This document shows, one piece after another, positions 25,916-40,032 of a stretch of 64,000 nt of DNA. The position numbers and the translations under genes were made by a program. Source of the stretch: Octopus bimaculoides (lineage: Eukaryota); assembly GCF_001194135.2 (NCBI RefSeq), contig NC_068985.1, positions 33,545,660 to 33,609,659 on the forward strand. Direction: 5' to 3'. The notes beneath the pieces are model-generated. The model did no database searches, had not been told where the DNA came from, and saw only the letters and a list, made by a program, of their open reading frames with translations. Positions within the stretch are counted from its first letter, which is position 1. Each line of letters begins with the position of its first letter.

Positions 25916-26892
25916 ATATATATATATATATATCACTTATTCTCTGGCTGTCTTTTTGTCTTGCTCCCACCCCACCTCCTCATTAATTGAGTCATTATTG
26001 TTTCTTGATTGATAAAATAAATATCAGTGAAATATACTTAATAACAGTAGAATCAATTGGCTTAAAAGAAATCACTACTGTTTATAGACTTGTATTTTCC
26101 AACTCTTCTCATTTTCACTATTTTTCTATAAACCGTTTTTCCTTCAGTGTCATCATTCCTTTCCCATTTTCTTAGAATCTAATCATTAACATTTTCTCCT
26201 TCCTTTTGTTTTTTTTTCCATAAACTATGGTTTGTATATTCATCTTTTAAGTATCTATCTTGAATATGAGTCACTTTCAGCAAAAGTTAAGTCTCTAGGA
26301 TGCTGAGTCTGCAGCCTAGTTTTGATTCTCAGAATGAGTCAATTCACTTCATTTTAGCTCTTTAGAAATGCATGAACATCACACAATTTTTCCCTGTTAT
26401 TTATGAATTTGTGCTCTGAAAAATAAGCTCTTAAAAATAAGATGCTTATCCATCCTTCCATTTCTTATTTTCCTCTCTCCGGCTTTCTTCAGTTTTCAGT
26501 CACCTTATCTCTGTTTTCTTCTTGGTCTCTCTCATGCACACTCACTGATTCTCCTTACACATAATGCAGGAGTTTCTCAGTGGTCATTCTCTTTGCAAGA
26601 AATAGCAACCAAATCTCTTGAACCACACCCTACTGTCTTATAAAGAGAAGAGCCATTGGATAATGTAGTCTTTTGTCTGAAAAAGAAAAGACAAGAAGGC
26701 CATGGTTGGAATGCTTTGATTTTAGGTTTGCTCAGTCAGGCTGAACTAGGAATGATAAACAACATTATATACTAGCTGGCCCCATGCCGTCAAAAATGAT
26801 GGCTAATTTTAGTATTTTATATATAAAAAGGGTACAGAAAGATGGGAAAAAAAATCAAACAGTGCTTTAGCTCTGTGTAAGTGTATGTGAGT

Positions 26893-26923
<31 letters not shown>

Positions 26924-27135
26924 CATATGTATGTATACATTTATATGTATGAGTAGCACAGTCTGTAGCAAATGCAGTTTTCTATACTTTGTCACTGCCC
27001 GCTTTCTCCCTTTCTAAGTGTGTCTGTTTATATATGTGTGTATGTGTAAATGGACGTGTGGCTGTAATTCTATTCTAAATAAACATACACAAACACATAT
27101 ACACTCACTCAAATATATAAATATATTTTACACAA

Positions 27136-27166
<31 letters not shown>

Positions 27167-30100
27167 AACATTCACATTCCTCCCTTTTACACGCACACAC
27201 ATATACTCACACAGAGTTTGAAGTGCTGTTTGATTTTTGTTTCACTGTTGACTTTTCACCATCCCACTTCCATCAATGGATCACTCATTCCTTTCTTATT
27301 CATATGTTGTGATGGAGAAATACACAAGAGTATTATTATAGTAGATTATTATAGTAAAAGATACACGATGCTCTCTTTGCCACTTCCTCTCTCTCATTGC
27401 TATTAGTTTCTCTCACTTCCTCTCAATCATGGCTATTACTCTCACTACTTCTCCTTCACTGAATTACTATTTTTTTCTCCTCTCCCTTTCACTCCTACTG
27501 CGTGATTTTGAACAAATATATATATATATATATACATACACACGCACAAATATACAAAAACACTACGCTCATTAGGAGATTGCTTTGGAAATTTTGAAAC
27601 TCTGCACTCTCACGTTTTCTTCAATATTATTTTCTTCTTTGAAATTAACATCTATTTTGAAGTCCTTAAAATTATCCAAATGAAAGACACTATGCTTCTT
27701 CAGATGGTGTTTAAAAAAGGACATAGTAACCAATGGTTGCTTAATTGTGATTTTGCTTGAAAATCACCTGAATATGATTTGTTAGCAAACTGTCATGAAT
27801 AACAATGGTAAATATAATATAGTAAAGAATGTCAGTTACATTTTTTGTCCTTGTAAATCTTCAAGTAAAACTGACATGATATAATTACATGTATGATTAT
27901 CTTGATTATCTCTATCTTATGTCTTTTAATGTTGACAGAGTAACTACTTCATACTTGACAGCAAATGTTTATCTGGTTTTCTAACACCTTTATTTTTCTA
28001 CTCTAATACAAGGTCACCTTATGTCACTTGATAATAGATTGGAAAAAAAGTAATAAAGAAGAACGCTTCATGTATTCTTTACTTGGTCATGTTGTGAAGG
28101 AGCTAGAGAGAGATGGTGGAGGTGAGAGACAGAGCAATTCTCTTTCAGAAAATTAAGGAAGATGTGAATAGCTTATTCATTACTGCTTGACATAAATAAA
28201 CTTATTCACTGCTCATTGAATGATTTAAATGAACTACAGGTGGATATATGTGTTTGTTTCTTCTCTTTTTTAGTGATATGTCATTGTTGTAGTTTTCTTT
28301 TGATATTTCATATGCTAAAACACTATTCAGAAAAATAAGTACTTTGTTGTAGTGGTCACTATAGCCATTGGAACACATGCACATTGTTATCACTACTTTT
28401 AATTTATTAGTCTTTGATACTTATTAATAAATACAGTTAAACCTTGGTTATCCTATCAGTTGGTCAAATTTTGGATAATCTGAACAAGATTTCAAGAGTT
28501 TAGGAATATCTAATCTGCTATACTGCATGCAATCTGAACTCAAGAATAATACTGATGTTACCAGTTTGTCTTTTGCTGTAAAAGTGAATTCATATTACTG
28601 AAGATCATATAAAAATGTTTAAAGATGTGTTAGTATTTGTGTGACAATCACATATTTAGTTTACAGTTATTAGAAGTACCACATGTTGATCAGACGACTC
28701 ATTTGACCTCAGTCAACCACTATAAACAGTGTTCGTACAGAAGGATTTAAAAGAATAGAAAATCAGTGATGTCTTCATCACTCTACAACTTTGTTTTGAA
28801 TACATATCCGTTATACGTAATCAAATATGTTGCTGTTACTATGCAAAAGAAGTGAAATTTTACAGTCTGGATCATAATTAAAAGACTTCAAAGATTGCAC
28901 ACGTGAACAGCATTTTATTGATTGGATGATATAAAAACTGTAAACATGCTTTTCTTTATGTAATTATATTTAGTATGGCTTCTATTGTTTATGATCAGAT
29001 CAGTTATCTAAGCACAATACACCTCACTCATCCCATTTAGATAATTGAAGTCTAACTGCATTACTATTACAAAATAATAATAAAATGAAAGTGAATACAA
29101 GTATATGTTTTAAATGGCTACAATGATTTTACCACAATGCAATTAGTATAGTCCCAGCACAATAACTCAGATCAACTCACTTGTCAAACAAGTAGAACTC
29201 TATTTGTCTTTGTCTTCCACTGCATAACTAAATACAACTATTCACAAAGATATTTGCAAATATAAAAAATACTATCAAATGAATATATTATCAAGAGGGG
29301 TACATGGCTCTAGTTTTAGGGATCTTTTGGTGTATTGTGAAATTGACCTTGACATGTACTGCTGCTAGCTAAAAGCAAGCTAGATCTGTAAAGATTCAAA
29401 GAAATGGTAGTTTGTAAATTACTTTGATATAACATTTGTTGGTTATATGATCAATCTAGAGCTATCAGACTTTTCTGACTAGCTAATTTTCTCAGTTTCT
29501 GTAGCAAATGGAAGATTTGTCTATGGATAAGACACAGGTCTATCACAGATATCTATTCTTCACATAAACATGTAGAATTAAGTGACTTGTTCAGAGTGAC
29601 AAGGCCTTCTGTCGATATGAATTTATTTACAAAAGTGTTTGTTCAATACTTTATTCACTCAGCCATTTCACCTCTGCCACTTGGTCTTTGTTTTTGTTTG
29701 TGATGGTTTAAATACATCTACGAATAAAATAAAATAAAATTTGCTAGAAAAAGATATTGATTTAGGCTCTCAAAATCTAATTATATCATTGAACCGTACT
29801 AGCAAATAATGGTTTCTTACTTTAACAGAAAACTTCAAATTTGTAGATGAAAGTCATAGTTGACCATGGTAGGATTTCAATTTGGAACATATAGAATTAA
29901 ATACTATAAAGCATTTTTGTCTTGCTCTTTACTGTCACTATCATTCCAGACTAGTAGTAATCCATTAACAGAAGAGACAGCATTACATTTTTCTATATAA
30001 GAAATATATAGATAATTGTTTTGTGAGTTTTCATGTATCTGATTAGAGTATCTGATTATGAGTTAAGACTGAGAAATAATAAATCCTAATACTTTGCATA

Positions 30101-30842
30101 GAAGATATACTGAGAGAAAGAATGGAAAACAAGAAGAAAGAATTGAGTAACAGGAAGGAAGGAAGGAAGGACGAGAAAAAGTGCTTCACTGAATGTTATT
30201 CTACGAGTAATTGTTAGATATCTGTTTGAAGCTACTTTTGAATATAATTCAATCTTGACAATCTAAGTATGTTGCCTCTCTCTCTCTCTCTCTCTCTCAC
30301 ACACATATATATATTTGCACATATATACAGATATACACACATATACACAATAACGTGTTTTGGAAAACACTGGTAGACAATTTAATAAACACATTTCATA
30401 TTTCATTTCACAAAATCTGTTGTCAAACATCATCCACAAGTTTTCTGCTGCTATTCTTGTCCACTCGATTTAAAATATAGAACTAAATCAATCCAACAAG
30501 GGAGCAGAGTAGACAGTAAGTTTCTTGAAGAACCTAAGTCCATTATTTTATTCTTTTGTGTGTTCCCTTAAGCATGTTTCTTAGCTATGATGATATTATC
30601 TCCGAAGAAAACATGTCACAAAACATTTTGTTTCCTCTGTGAATCTGAAGTTTTTATGCTTTTTGTCAAGGATATCAGTAATGTAAGGCAAATTTATGGG
30701 CTTCAGTTCAAATTCTAGCTATGCCAATTCTTCACCTCCCTTGTCAATGAAATAACTACAAACCTCTGAGGGATACTTATGCAGTGCTTGATCTACTAGA
30801 GATACAAGCTAAATGTCACTCAAATTACACCCTTAATGTGTC

Positions 30843-31067
30843 TTAACCTTTTAGCATTCAGATTTACTCTGTCAAATTTAACACTTATTCATATTGTTTT
30901 GAATTAATCATGCAATATCTCATAGCTTTGAGATTTCAATGATTTGATTGTATATCTTTAGAATGACATTGTAGGGTAGGTGTAAGAAACCAGATCTGGC
31001 TAGTTTGAACATAAAACAGGTAGAATATTTGGGCCAGATGTGACCTTTTTAAATGCTAAAGAGTTAA
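30843..31067. mobile_element. piggyBac-type MITE with TTAA target duplication
   Basis: TTAA(30843-46)|ccttttagcatt ... aatgctaaagag|TTAA(31064-67): inverted termini with one mismatch. Confidence 0.75.
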
Positions 31068-31985
31068 GTGATATTATTTAGTTTGAAATTCATGATCTCA
31101 TTAGAAGATGATAGTTATTAACCTGTTCTTGTTACTTAACCATAGGTCCACACGAACTGAGTAAACCTATGATCTCAGACATTCCAGTTTTGACCACCCA
31201 GTCTTTTTTTTTTCTTCTTAATATAGCACATCTAGGACTACACTATGAAATATATATTAGCAACAAAAGTAGTTCTAATACCAAGAGGTAATATTTATCT
31301 CCACGTAAACATGGTTGTTCTATTAGAACAAACTATGCTGCAGTAATTAATCTCCACTAGTAATATAAACATTAATGCATTTTGCATCAGAAAGCCAATA
31401 TAAGAGTTTCTCTCATGATAACTACTGCAGTATAGCTTGTTTTAGTAGAACATCCATGTCAAGTGATGTAGTTTGAAAGAGATTTGGTTGTTATTTCTAG
31501 CAGGTCGAACAGTCATATGGATGCACCTTCCTTGGCTTGTTGTTGTTGTTGTTGTTGTTGTTGGTGGTGGTGGTAATTCTTGATGCTGTTAACTATAACT
31601 TTTATTTGTTTTTACTGATAACTATATCCTAAACTCTATTCTATCATTGCCAAATGAAAAAAAATAAATAAATAAATGAACCAATAAAAGGAGATAAAAG
31701 TTCAAATGTGACAAATACTGATGGACCAGAATTATATCTAACTACATATGGACCTAATTATTCTTGTATTTGTGACTGAGTACTTTTCCTTCTCATGGCT
31801 TACTGCTTCATTTAGTTTCATGTTCTTATAGTTCACAGTCTCTTTATCTTGGTTGGACTGAACTAACACCATACAGAACTACTGAAGAGTCCTGACTTGA
31901 AACTCCCTCATTTCTCTCAGAGATAATTATCACAGTTGCTCTGCATACTGTATGTCCTTCTCTCTCTCTCTCTCCCCCTCTCTCT

Positions 31986-32032
<47 letters not shown>

Positions 32033-32540
32033 AGAGGTAGAGAGAAATAACATGGCAAAGAAATTGGGTTTAAGAACTATAAGCATCTTCAATTTTTTTT
32101 CTTTATTTTGATGGTTTCTCGACCTTTTAACCAAATCCAAAAATCTGTATTCTATAGATCACTTGTTTATATTATGTTATTCTGCCATCAACCCAATTAC
32201 AAAGGCTGTGTTTATCTTAAAGTTTAAGAAAAACAAAACAAAAAAACTACTTCCTCTAAACTATGCTTTCTTGCAAACACACACATGCATGTGCCTTCCT
32301 GAAATTCTTGGAGACGTTTTAAAATTTTACAAATATTTTCAAGCTTCCAAAAATAGAAATTTTTTGACCTGTTTACATAAAATAAAAATAAATGATATAA
32401 TTTAAACCTACTCTGTTTTTCAGAACTATCTTATATCAGTTTAGATCTTGTGTAATTATAGTCAAGTTATTTAACCCATATTTCCATTTCAGCCTGTTTA
32501 GATTCTAACACAAAACCCCAACAAAATAATAAACACAAGC

Positions 32541-32574
<34 letters not shown>

Positions 32575-32709
32575 TGCATGTTTGTATGTGTGTGTGCATG
32601 CATGTCTGTGTGTGTATGTGTATGTGTGTCCATGTAGCCCTCTTTAACATGTTTAACACCACTTCTGCTTGAGACCACTTCTGACATTTCTTTGTTTTCC
32701 TTTCTCATC

Positions 32710-33000
32710 ATTCAGTCAGGTTTGACAAGTCTGATGAATGGCACACTATCATTCTGTATGATTTTGTGTTATCTTATCTGTGAAGCACAGTATCATTGGG
32801 ATTTTCTTTGGTCTTCCGCTTCAACAGGTACTTCCACTATCAGAATACAGCACTTCTCCATCTCCAGAAAATATTGTTCAAATACCTTGTATGCCCATTT
32901 CCACCAAAGCTGCTTGTCTGCATGCAGCAACTAATATTTCTAAAAGCTTCCTTCTTTCCTCTTACAGTCAATTTTTCTGCTGCACATCTGTATTTTAATT
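32710..33000. repeat. Dispersed repeat, left arm of an inverted pair (possible Tc1-like relic)
   Basis: Shares long blocks ('tttgacaagtctgatgaatggcacac', 'tatcttatctgtgaagcacagtatcattgg') with the reverse complement of 34070-34305. Confidence 0.8.
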
Positions 33001-33007
33001 CAACTTA

Positions 33008-33410
33008 GCACGGCTGTGTGATAAGAAGTTTGCTTCCTAACCACATAGTTCCAGGTTCAGTCCCACTGCATGGCACCTTGAGCAAGTGTTTTCTACTATA
33101 TCCTCAGGCCAACCAATACCTTGTGAATGGATTTGGTAGATGGAAACTGAGAGAAGCCCATTGTGTGTATGTGTGTGTGTATGCGTGTGTGTTTGTGTCT
33201 GTTTATGTCCTCCACTGCTGCTTGTCAACTAGTGTTGATGTGTTTACGTCCCTGTAACTTAATGGTTTGGCAAATAGATCGATAGAATAAGTACCAGGTT
33301 TTCAAAAAAAAAAGTGCTGGGTTCAGTTCATTTGACTAAAAATTCTTCAAGCTGGTGCCCCAGCATGGCCACCGTCTAATGACTGAAACAAGTAAAAGAT
33401 AAAAGATAAG
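33008..33410 (+). mobile_element. Full-length family A SINE with 'gatagaataag' tail
   Basis: Head 'ggctgtgtgataagaagtttgcttcc..ggcaccttgagcaagtg', (TG)n hinge, tail 'gtttacgtccctgtaactta..gactgaaacaagtaaaaga'. Confidence 0.8.
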
Positions 33411-34069
33411 GCTTCCCCCTCTTAAGTTGTACTTGTTTGGTAAGTCTGTGAGTCTGTGCGTGAATTATACCAATTGCAGAGATACTAGCCATTTAAAAAA
33501 TATATACATGTATTGAATTCCATTTTGTTATGATTTTTTAATATCATATTAGTAATGATTACAACATTGTACATGTTTTGTAATGGCTGTAAGAGTACTA
33601 ATTTGGTCTACACACATAGTTTTCATTGATGCTAACAGTGATCACACACTAAGTCACAGAACTAAAATCTTATTTATATTTAGTAAAATTCCTTTTCTGC
33701 CACCTTCATAAGATGTCTAACATTTGTTGTCATATCTGCAATCTGTATTTGTAGAAGTTAAATATTTGTGTTGGTATTAATTATATTTCACTACTAAATC
33801 AATGTCCTTCCTTTCAAATTCACAATATTATGTATTCAGAAAAGAATATTTAATCTACATTTGTAAACCTACTTGTTTGCCAGGAATAGATATTAGATCA
33901 TCTAAAATATCATCTGGCATAAACTGGTATTCTATCCAAAGAAGTCGGAGTTAAACAAGAATTTAAGAAAAGTCCCAGTTGTGGACAAAGTTAAGTTAAC
34001 TTATTCACATCGACATGATATTGGTTATGTTTATAGTAATTACCATATGATATGCTACCATTTGTTGAT

Positions 34070-34305
34070 ATGCTAACTTCCAATAAAATATTGATATGCA
34101 GCAGTAAATTGACTGTGAGAGATGAAAAAAGTAGGTGGAAAGCATTAGAAATATTAGTTGGTGCAGCCTTGGTAGAATGGGCATACAAAGTATTTGGACA
34201 ACACTTTCTGGAGATGAGGAAACTCCAATGATACTGTGCTTCACAGATAAGATAGTGCAAAATCATATAGAATGAATTGTGTGCCATTCATCAGACTTGT
34301 CAAAT
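34070..34305. repeat. Dispersed repeat, right arm of the inverted pair with 32710-33000
   Basis: ORFs 33991..34287(-) and 32692..32934(+) share 'YLICEAQYHW..ISRK..NTLYAH'. Confidence 0.8.
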
Positions 34306-36344
34306 TCAAGCCAGTATGATAAAGAAATGGATTTTTAAAAGAGGATAATAATAATTTGTAACATAGACTAAAGGTCACAAAACTAATAATAATAATAATA
34401 ATAATAATGCGTATGATGATCTCTTCAGCTTTTTGAAATGTAGAATAATACTGTTAAGTTATAAAGATGAAAATAATTTTATTTCTACAATGTGGCTACA
34501 TGCATGTTACTTGCAAACATGGATACCAGTATTGTAAAAGTGAAATCACCATAACATCATAATTTTCTGAGACATTGAAAACAAAAATAATGTATTTATA
34601 ATCTTTCTTATTACTAATCACTCATATAAATTATATGCAATTATATGTTTCCTTTCTTTGACCTTTTCTGATAAAGTTGACCTAAAATCATAAATATTCC
34701 TTCATCTATACTGATAAAAGAAATTTTTTTTACATGTTCAGTGGTTGATAGGGGAGCAACAAAAATATATTATTGCATTTAATATCTTTGGGAAGAGCAT
34801 GAAGATCATAATGTAAACCTTTTCTTTTCCCTGAAAACTCTAAAAACAACAAGGCTTATCATTCTATGGTGAATTCTATTGATTATGTAAAAGTATGTAG
34901 AAAAACAAGTATTTGATGTTTGAATAATATTTTTTTCCCTCATGAGAAATTGGTTTATCAAATTTAACTTTTATTCCTCTCTCAAGAAGTCTTTTGTTCA
35001 TTTGTTTACTTTTTTTGCATGGGAAAATTGAATATACTCAACTTGTCTAGATAAACCTTCCATACACACATACCACCACCACTCAGCATTATGATCAAGA
35101 GCATTCCAGCCATAATCTTCCTGCCTTTTTATGTCATTGATTACATTATCCAATGTATTCTTTTTTTCTAACGATAAAGTACAACTTGAGGGAGATATGG
35201 CTGCTATTTCTAGCTGGTCAAATGATTATGCCTCATTGGCTCATCATGATCATATAGGTGACAGTGAATGAAGTTGTAGAAATAGCAGTGCACCACAGTA
35301 ATGCCTTTAGTGTTTAGTTATATTCCATACATTCTGAGTTTAAACTACAAGTTTTTTTTGTTTTTAACCTGTTTTAGGATCAATAAAATATACAGCAGTC
35401 ATATACTAGCTGATTAAATTCAGCTATATTCCTTCCACCTCTATAAGTTGGTGGGGTTTAAGTCAACATAAGAAATTAGTTTCAAGAACATTTAGATTAT
35501 ATTGACTTCTTAAACTGCATAAAAGGCCTTCAGATTTATATAAGATGAGAACTATGAGTGTGCAATGTTCATATTATTATGAACATTGTACATATTAATG
35601 ATACAAGTCAGGTGGATTGTCTCCAATTAAGGATGAAAACCAGGTTGAAAACGTGGCACACAAGAAACTTAACCGCTACAATGTTCAATGCAAATTAAAT
35701 AATTTAGTACACAATGGGAAAGCTTGCTAGACATCGATTCAGTATTGTTATTTTACACAGCTGAGTGAATTTAAGGATATGAATGGAATAAAAATACTTC
35801 TAGGGAACACTTCTAGAGGTTTCAAACCTTTAATGTTTTACAATGTATTATTTACGTAGAAAACGAAACCTATTTTTAACCCCCCTCTTTTTATGTTCTC
35901 TTAATTTTCTTATTATTTTAACTTTGGTATTTCATTTCTGCTCTCTCTCTCTTTTTTGTTATTATTATTAATATTTTTATTTTTTTGCATGAAAGAATGT
36001 TATATAAGTTATATTTTTATTTCTGTAACTATGAATGGAAACTGAAGCCACACCTACTTGAGTCATTCATGTCTTCTTGTTAAGGCTGAATTAAAGGAGC
36101 TATTCAGTAGAGTATGCTGTTATAAAAATATCTTATCTACAGACCTTGATTATGAAATATATATCTTGGAAACAGAAATCTGTTCTTTCTTCTAGTAAGG
36201 TCAGTGATTCTGCTAGTCTCAAGACTTTACTTAGGACCTAGAATATAAATAAATGCCAGTGTTATTAATGACTTGAGTCTAAGCACAGCTGTTCAGGTGC
36301 TGAAGTTGCAAATTCAACTTAGTTTATCAATCTTGAAGGAATTT

Positions 36345-36520
36345 TTGGGGAAGGAGCCAGTCGATTAGATCGACCTCAGTATGGCACTTAATTTATTGAC
36401 CCTGGGAGGATGAAAGGCAAAGTTGACCTTGGTGGAATTTGATCTCGGAATGTAAAGACAGACAAAATACCACTAAGCATTTCACCCAGCATGCTAAAAT
36501 TTCTACCAACTCGCTGCCTT
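36345..36520 (-). mobile_element. Family B SINE
   Basis: 'gaggatgaaaggcaaagttgaccttggtggaatttgatctcggaatgtaaagacagac..taagcatttc' is the reverse complement of the family B core. Confidence 0.75.
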
Positions 36521-38089
36521 ATGACTAGCATAGTTGACGGTAGCTGGTTTTTGACTCAGACACATGATATTCAGCGACACGCTGTAATTTGAATCTCAGC
36601 TCTCTGCCTAAAATGATAATAACAAATTTTAACAATAATATAAATTATGTAATAAAAATATAAATTGTTTTTAAAGAAAAGAAAAAAATGGGCATTTTCA
36701 TAAGAGTGCTTGACTTTTTTCTAATACATCAAAAGATGATTCATTTGTTGAATTTACAAGAGAGGAAAAGATCACTTTTCCTTTCTAAAAGAAACAGTTG
36801 TGGCTAAGAATCAAAAACAAATTTTAGTGTCAGCTAATCCTAAATTTTCTACAATCATATGTTGTTCAATAACAATACTTTCTTCAAACACTTCCATATT
36901 TATGGAGAAGGAAATATAGGATATGCTTATCACAAGGGTATTGTTGGCATAATGAAAGTAAGATTATTACAAACAACTTTTGAAATCAGGTCACAGCTTT
37001 ACCTAGTCAAGATCTTACTTCTTTACTCTACACTAACGACAAGTATGATGATAAGATTTCTTTTGATGAAAACTCATTTCCAGAAAGGTACTGCTACTTT
37101 ATCAAATTCAGAAGGATGAACAAGTGAAATGAATCAGAATATAATTTTCCCCAAAAAATATTGTGGAACAAAATATAACTCTGCAAAACAATCTGTTATT
37201 ACTCAGAAATTCCAACACTTCTGAATAATGTGATAATGAGTATTATTTTAGTAGGTTTTACTTTCATTATGAACAAATCATTTTAGTAAATCAATAATAT
37301 ACACTGCATGTACACTGAGGATTCATTTCCATTAAATTGTTTGGTGGGTAGGATTGATTGTTATTCAGAGCCTTTTTAAATTCACCCATTTTATCATATC
37401 CTTTTTAAATCCAACCAGTTCAGCCAGTTAGGAAAAGCAACTAAATCTTCCTCTAATCACAGCTTACCATTCTTCCAAAAAAAAAAAAAAAAAAAAAAAA
37501 GACACTTTCAACAATGTAATCTCTGATACACAAAAAAGTCAAAGACAAGATGGTCATATGCTGGAATACCTTTGACCATAGATCTGCTGAATCTACTAAA
37601 TTAGAACTAAACAACGAAAATAATGGTGTAATAGTATTTATCAGTCATTAGACAGGGCCTTCATTTCCCAAGATTAAGGATAAAATTTTATCTTCTGGCT
37701 GATGTTAATATTCATTGCATTATAAAAATAGATTGTGGATCTAGTTAAATTGATTCACAGAATCTGCATTTTTTAAAAGGAAGTAAAAAATCTGAGAATC
37801 AGTTATATTGATGTAGTTTTCCACTTTTATTGCTGTGAATCCATGATCTTGTGGAGAAAAATTTGAGGAAAATGTTAGAGGTTTAAATATCGAAAAAACT
37901 GAGTATTTTTAGTTGTGTCAACTTTAAGGTTGTACCTTATTAAATTTATAGTTTAGTGAAATGACCTGTTATCTGTATTTACTTTATGCGTATTTCAATA
38001 TTATGTATACCTGTCATGTACATCATTAATATATAAGTGCATGTGGATGTGTGTATTCATATATAAGTTTATATGTATATGTGAATTGG

Positions 38090-38295
38090 TTTAACTAGAT
38101 CCCACTCACAAAACACAGATACACACAACATACATACATGCATACATATACACACATACACACATACAAATACACATACATACCCACACACACACACATA
38201 ACACTCATACATGCACACACATATACACATATGCACATGCATGCACACACACGAACACACATATACCTCCTCACACACAACACACACACATGTGG
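38090..38295. repeat. Imperfect CA/TA-rich low-complexity tract
   Basis: About 200 bp of mixed cacata/tacaca units. Confidence 0.9.
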
Positions 38296-39219
38296 CACAG
38301 AGGCGGTTGAAGTGAAACACAACACAACATGCACTTGTCATGGTAACAAGCTGTTAATACCTCACTGTTTGTTGATTGGCTAAAATTATCCAAATCTCCC
38401 AACTTTAATTCCAAATAACATCAGGTTCTTTAATTTACGAGATAAAGTAATTGGTTGACCATAATCAAAATTCAGAGTTGTATCGATACAGCAAAATTGA
38501 AAGCAATCTGAGCAAAATTAAAGGGGGCTGATTTTGTGAATCAATTTAACTAGATCCTAGATTTCCTGTACTTTTCAGCATTTGTTCCTTCAGCTAATAT
38601 ATTTCAGTCTGAAATACTTCACTTATAGTTGCATATTCTCAATGTTCCAAGTTTATTGTGAGGTTAAGTTTTGTAAATTTGACTTTTTTTTTTTTTGTTG
38701 TAATCACACCAGGTAATGTCAGTAGTACCATAGTTAAATAATGTTTCAACAATACAGTTATATGGTCATGTATTATATACATGAAAATTTCAGCATATAC
38801 CATACATAAAAAATTAGTAACAATTTAATTCTGTTCAATAACTGACCATTTCCTCTGATGACACTGGCTATTATGCATTCAGTTCTAAAAAGGAAATTTG
38901 CAACATTAAAGAATAAAAGATTATAGGCTTTGTTATTTGATCATTAGCAGTATTTAACATGACAGATCTTGTAAATATCACAAGGTTAACTATTAAGCAT
39001 ATTTTGTTCAGTTTATTCCTAAATCCTTCTGCTCACATTTCAACTGTTAATGGAATTGTATGATTTAAAACAAGGAAATTTCAATGTAATCTTCAATTTC
39101 ATGCTTTTAAAAGAGTCATTTTTCACATTACTTCCCCCCTCCCCATCTTTTACATTTTCATAAATCCAGAAGTGTTTTATTTTATTTATATCATTTGATT
39201 ATATAGCTATATAGTTTCA

Positions 39220-39820
39220 CTTGTGTTTGTTCTTTGCAATCTCATATGTGCATGTATGTATGTCATTATTCAGTTTATTTCAAGATTTCTTGCCAATAGA
39301 GAAAGAACCAGTTTCTAACCTAGGTCCAAGGTTCATTCATTGGAATTTCAACATCAGCAACAGGGTATTTTTGTTTGTATGTATGTATGTGAAGATTTGT
39401 ACATTTTATGTATGTATTCTCATGCATATAGTTACATATCTAGACATGCTCATATATATTTAAATAATAAACTTCTGGAAAGTTTTACAGATTTTTACTG
39501 TTCCAGTGATGGATTAGATCTGTAGTCTTTGAATTAGCTTTCTCCTTTCTGATTTTGAGAAGCCTAATTTCTCAAGATTGGTATTTAGGTAGTGTGTTAC
39601 ATATCCCAGGGCCTCAATAATTACAGGTATAAACCTAAACTTGTAATCTAGATAGAGTAACTGCAGATTTCTTAATAGTTCTTTTTCACTGATGTTAACA
39701 TCCACTGGGCAGCTAATTTCCACAACTGTGCACTGTTTGTCTTCTTTATCCCAAATCATTTTATCAGGTCTGTTGTGCTTACATTTTATTGAGGTCTTCA
39801 CTGGTACATTCCACCAATGT
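39220..39820 (-). mobile_element. RLE-type (restriction-like endonuclease) non-LTR retrotransposon 3' end
   Basis: 'KHNRPDKMIWDKEDKQCTVVEISCPVDVNISEKE..KFRFIPVIIEALG' matches the RPD..D/ExxxP..E(K) motif of R4/R2/NeSL-type elements; followed by a 3' UTR. Confidence 0.8.
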
Positions 39821-39865
39821 ATATATATGTATGTATGTGTGTATGTATGTGTATATATATGTATA

Positions 39866-40032
39866 NNNNNNNNNNNNNNNNNNNNNNNNNNNNNNNNNNN
39901 NNNNNNNNNNNNNNNNNNNNNNNNNNNNNNNNNNNNNNNNNNNNNNNNNNNNNNNNNNNNNNNNNNNNNNNNNNNNNNNNNNNNNNNNNNNNNNNNNNNN
40001 NNNNNNNNNNNNNNNNNNNNNNNNNNNNNNNN
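39866..40032. other. Assembly gap (N run)
   Basis: 167 N. Confidence 1.

Noticed and set aside
38069-38383. His/Thr- or Cys/Val-rich ORFs (also 44122-44340, 63554-63856 and others)
   Set aside because: Translations of (CA)n/(TG)n/(TA)n microsatellites.
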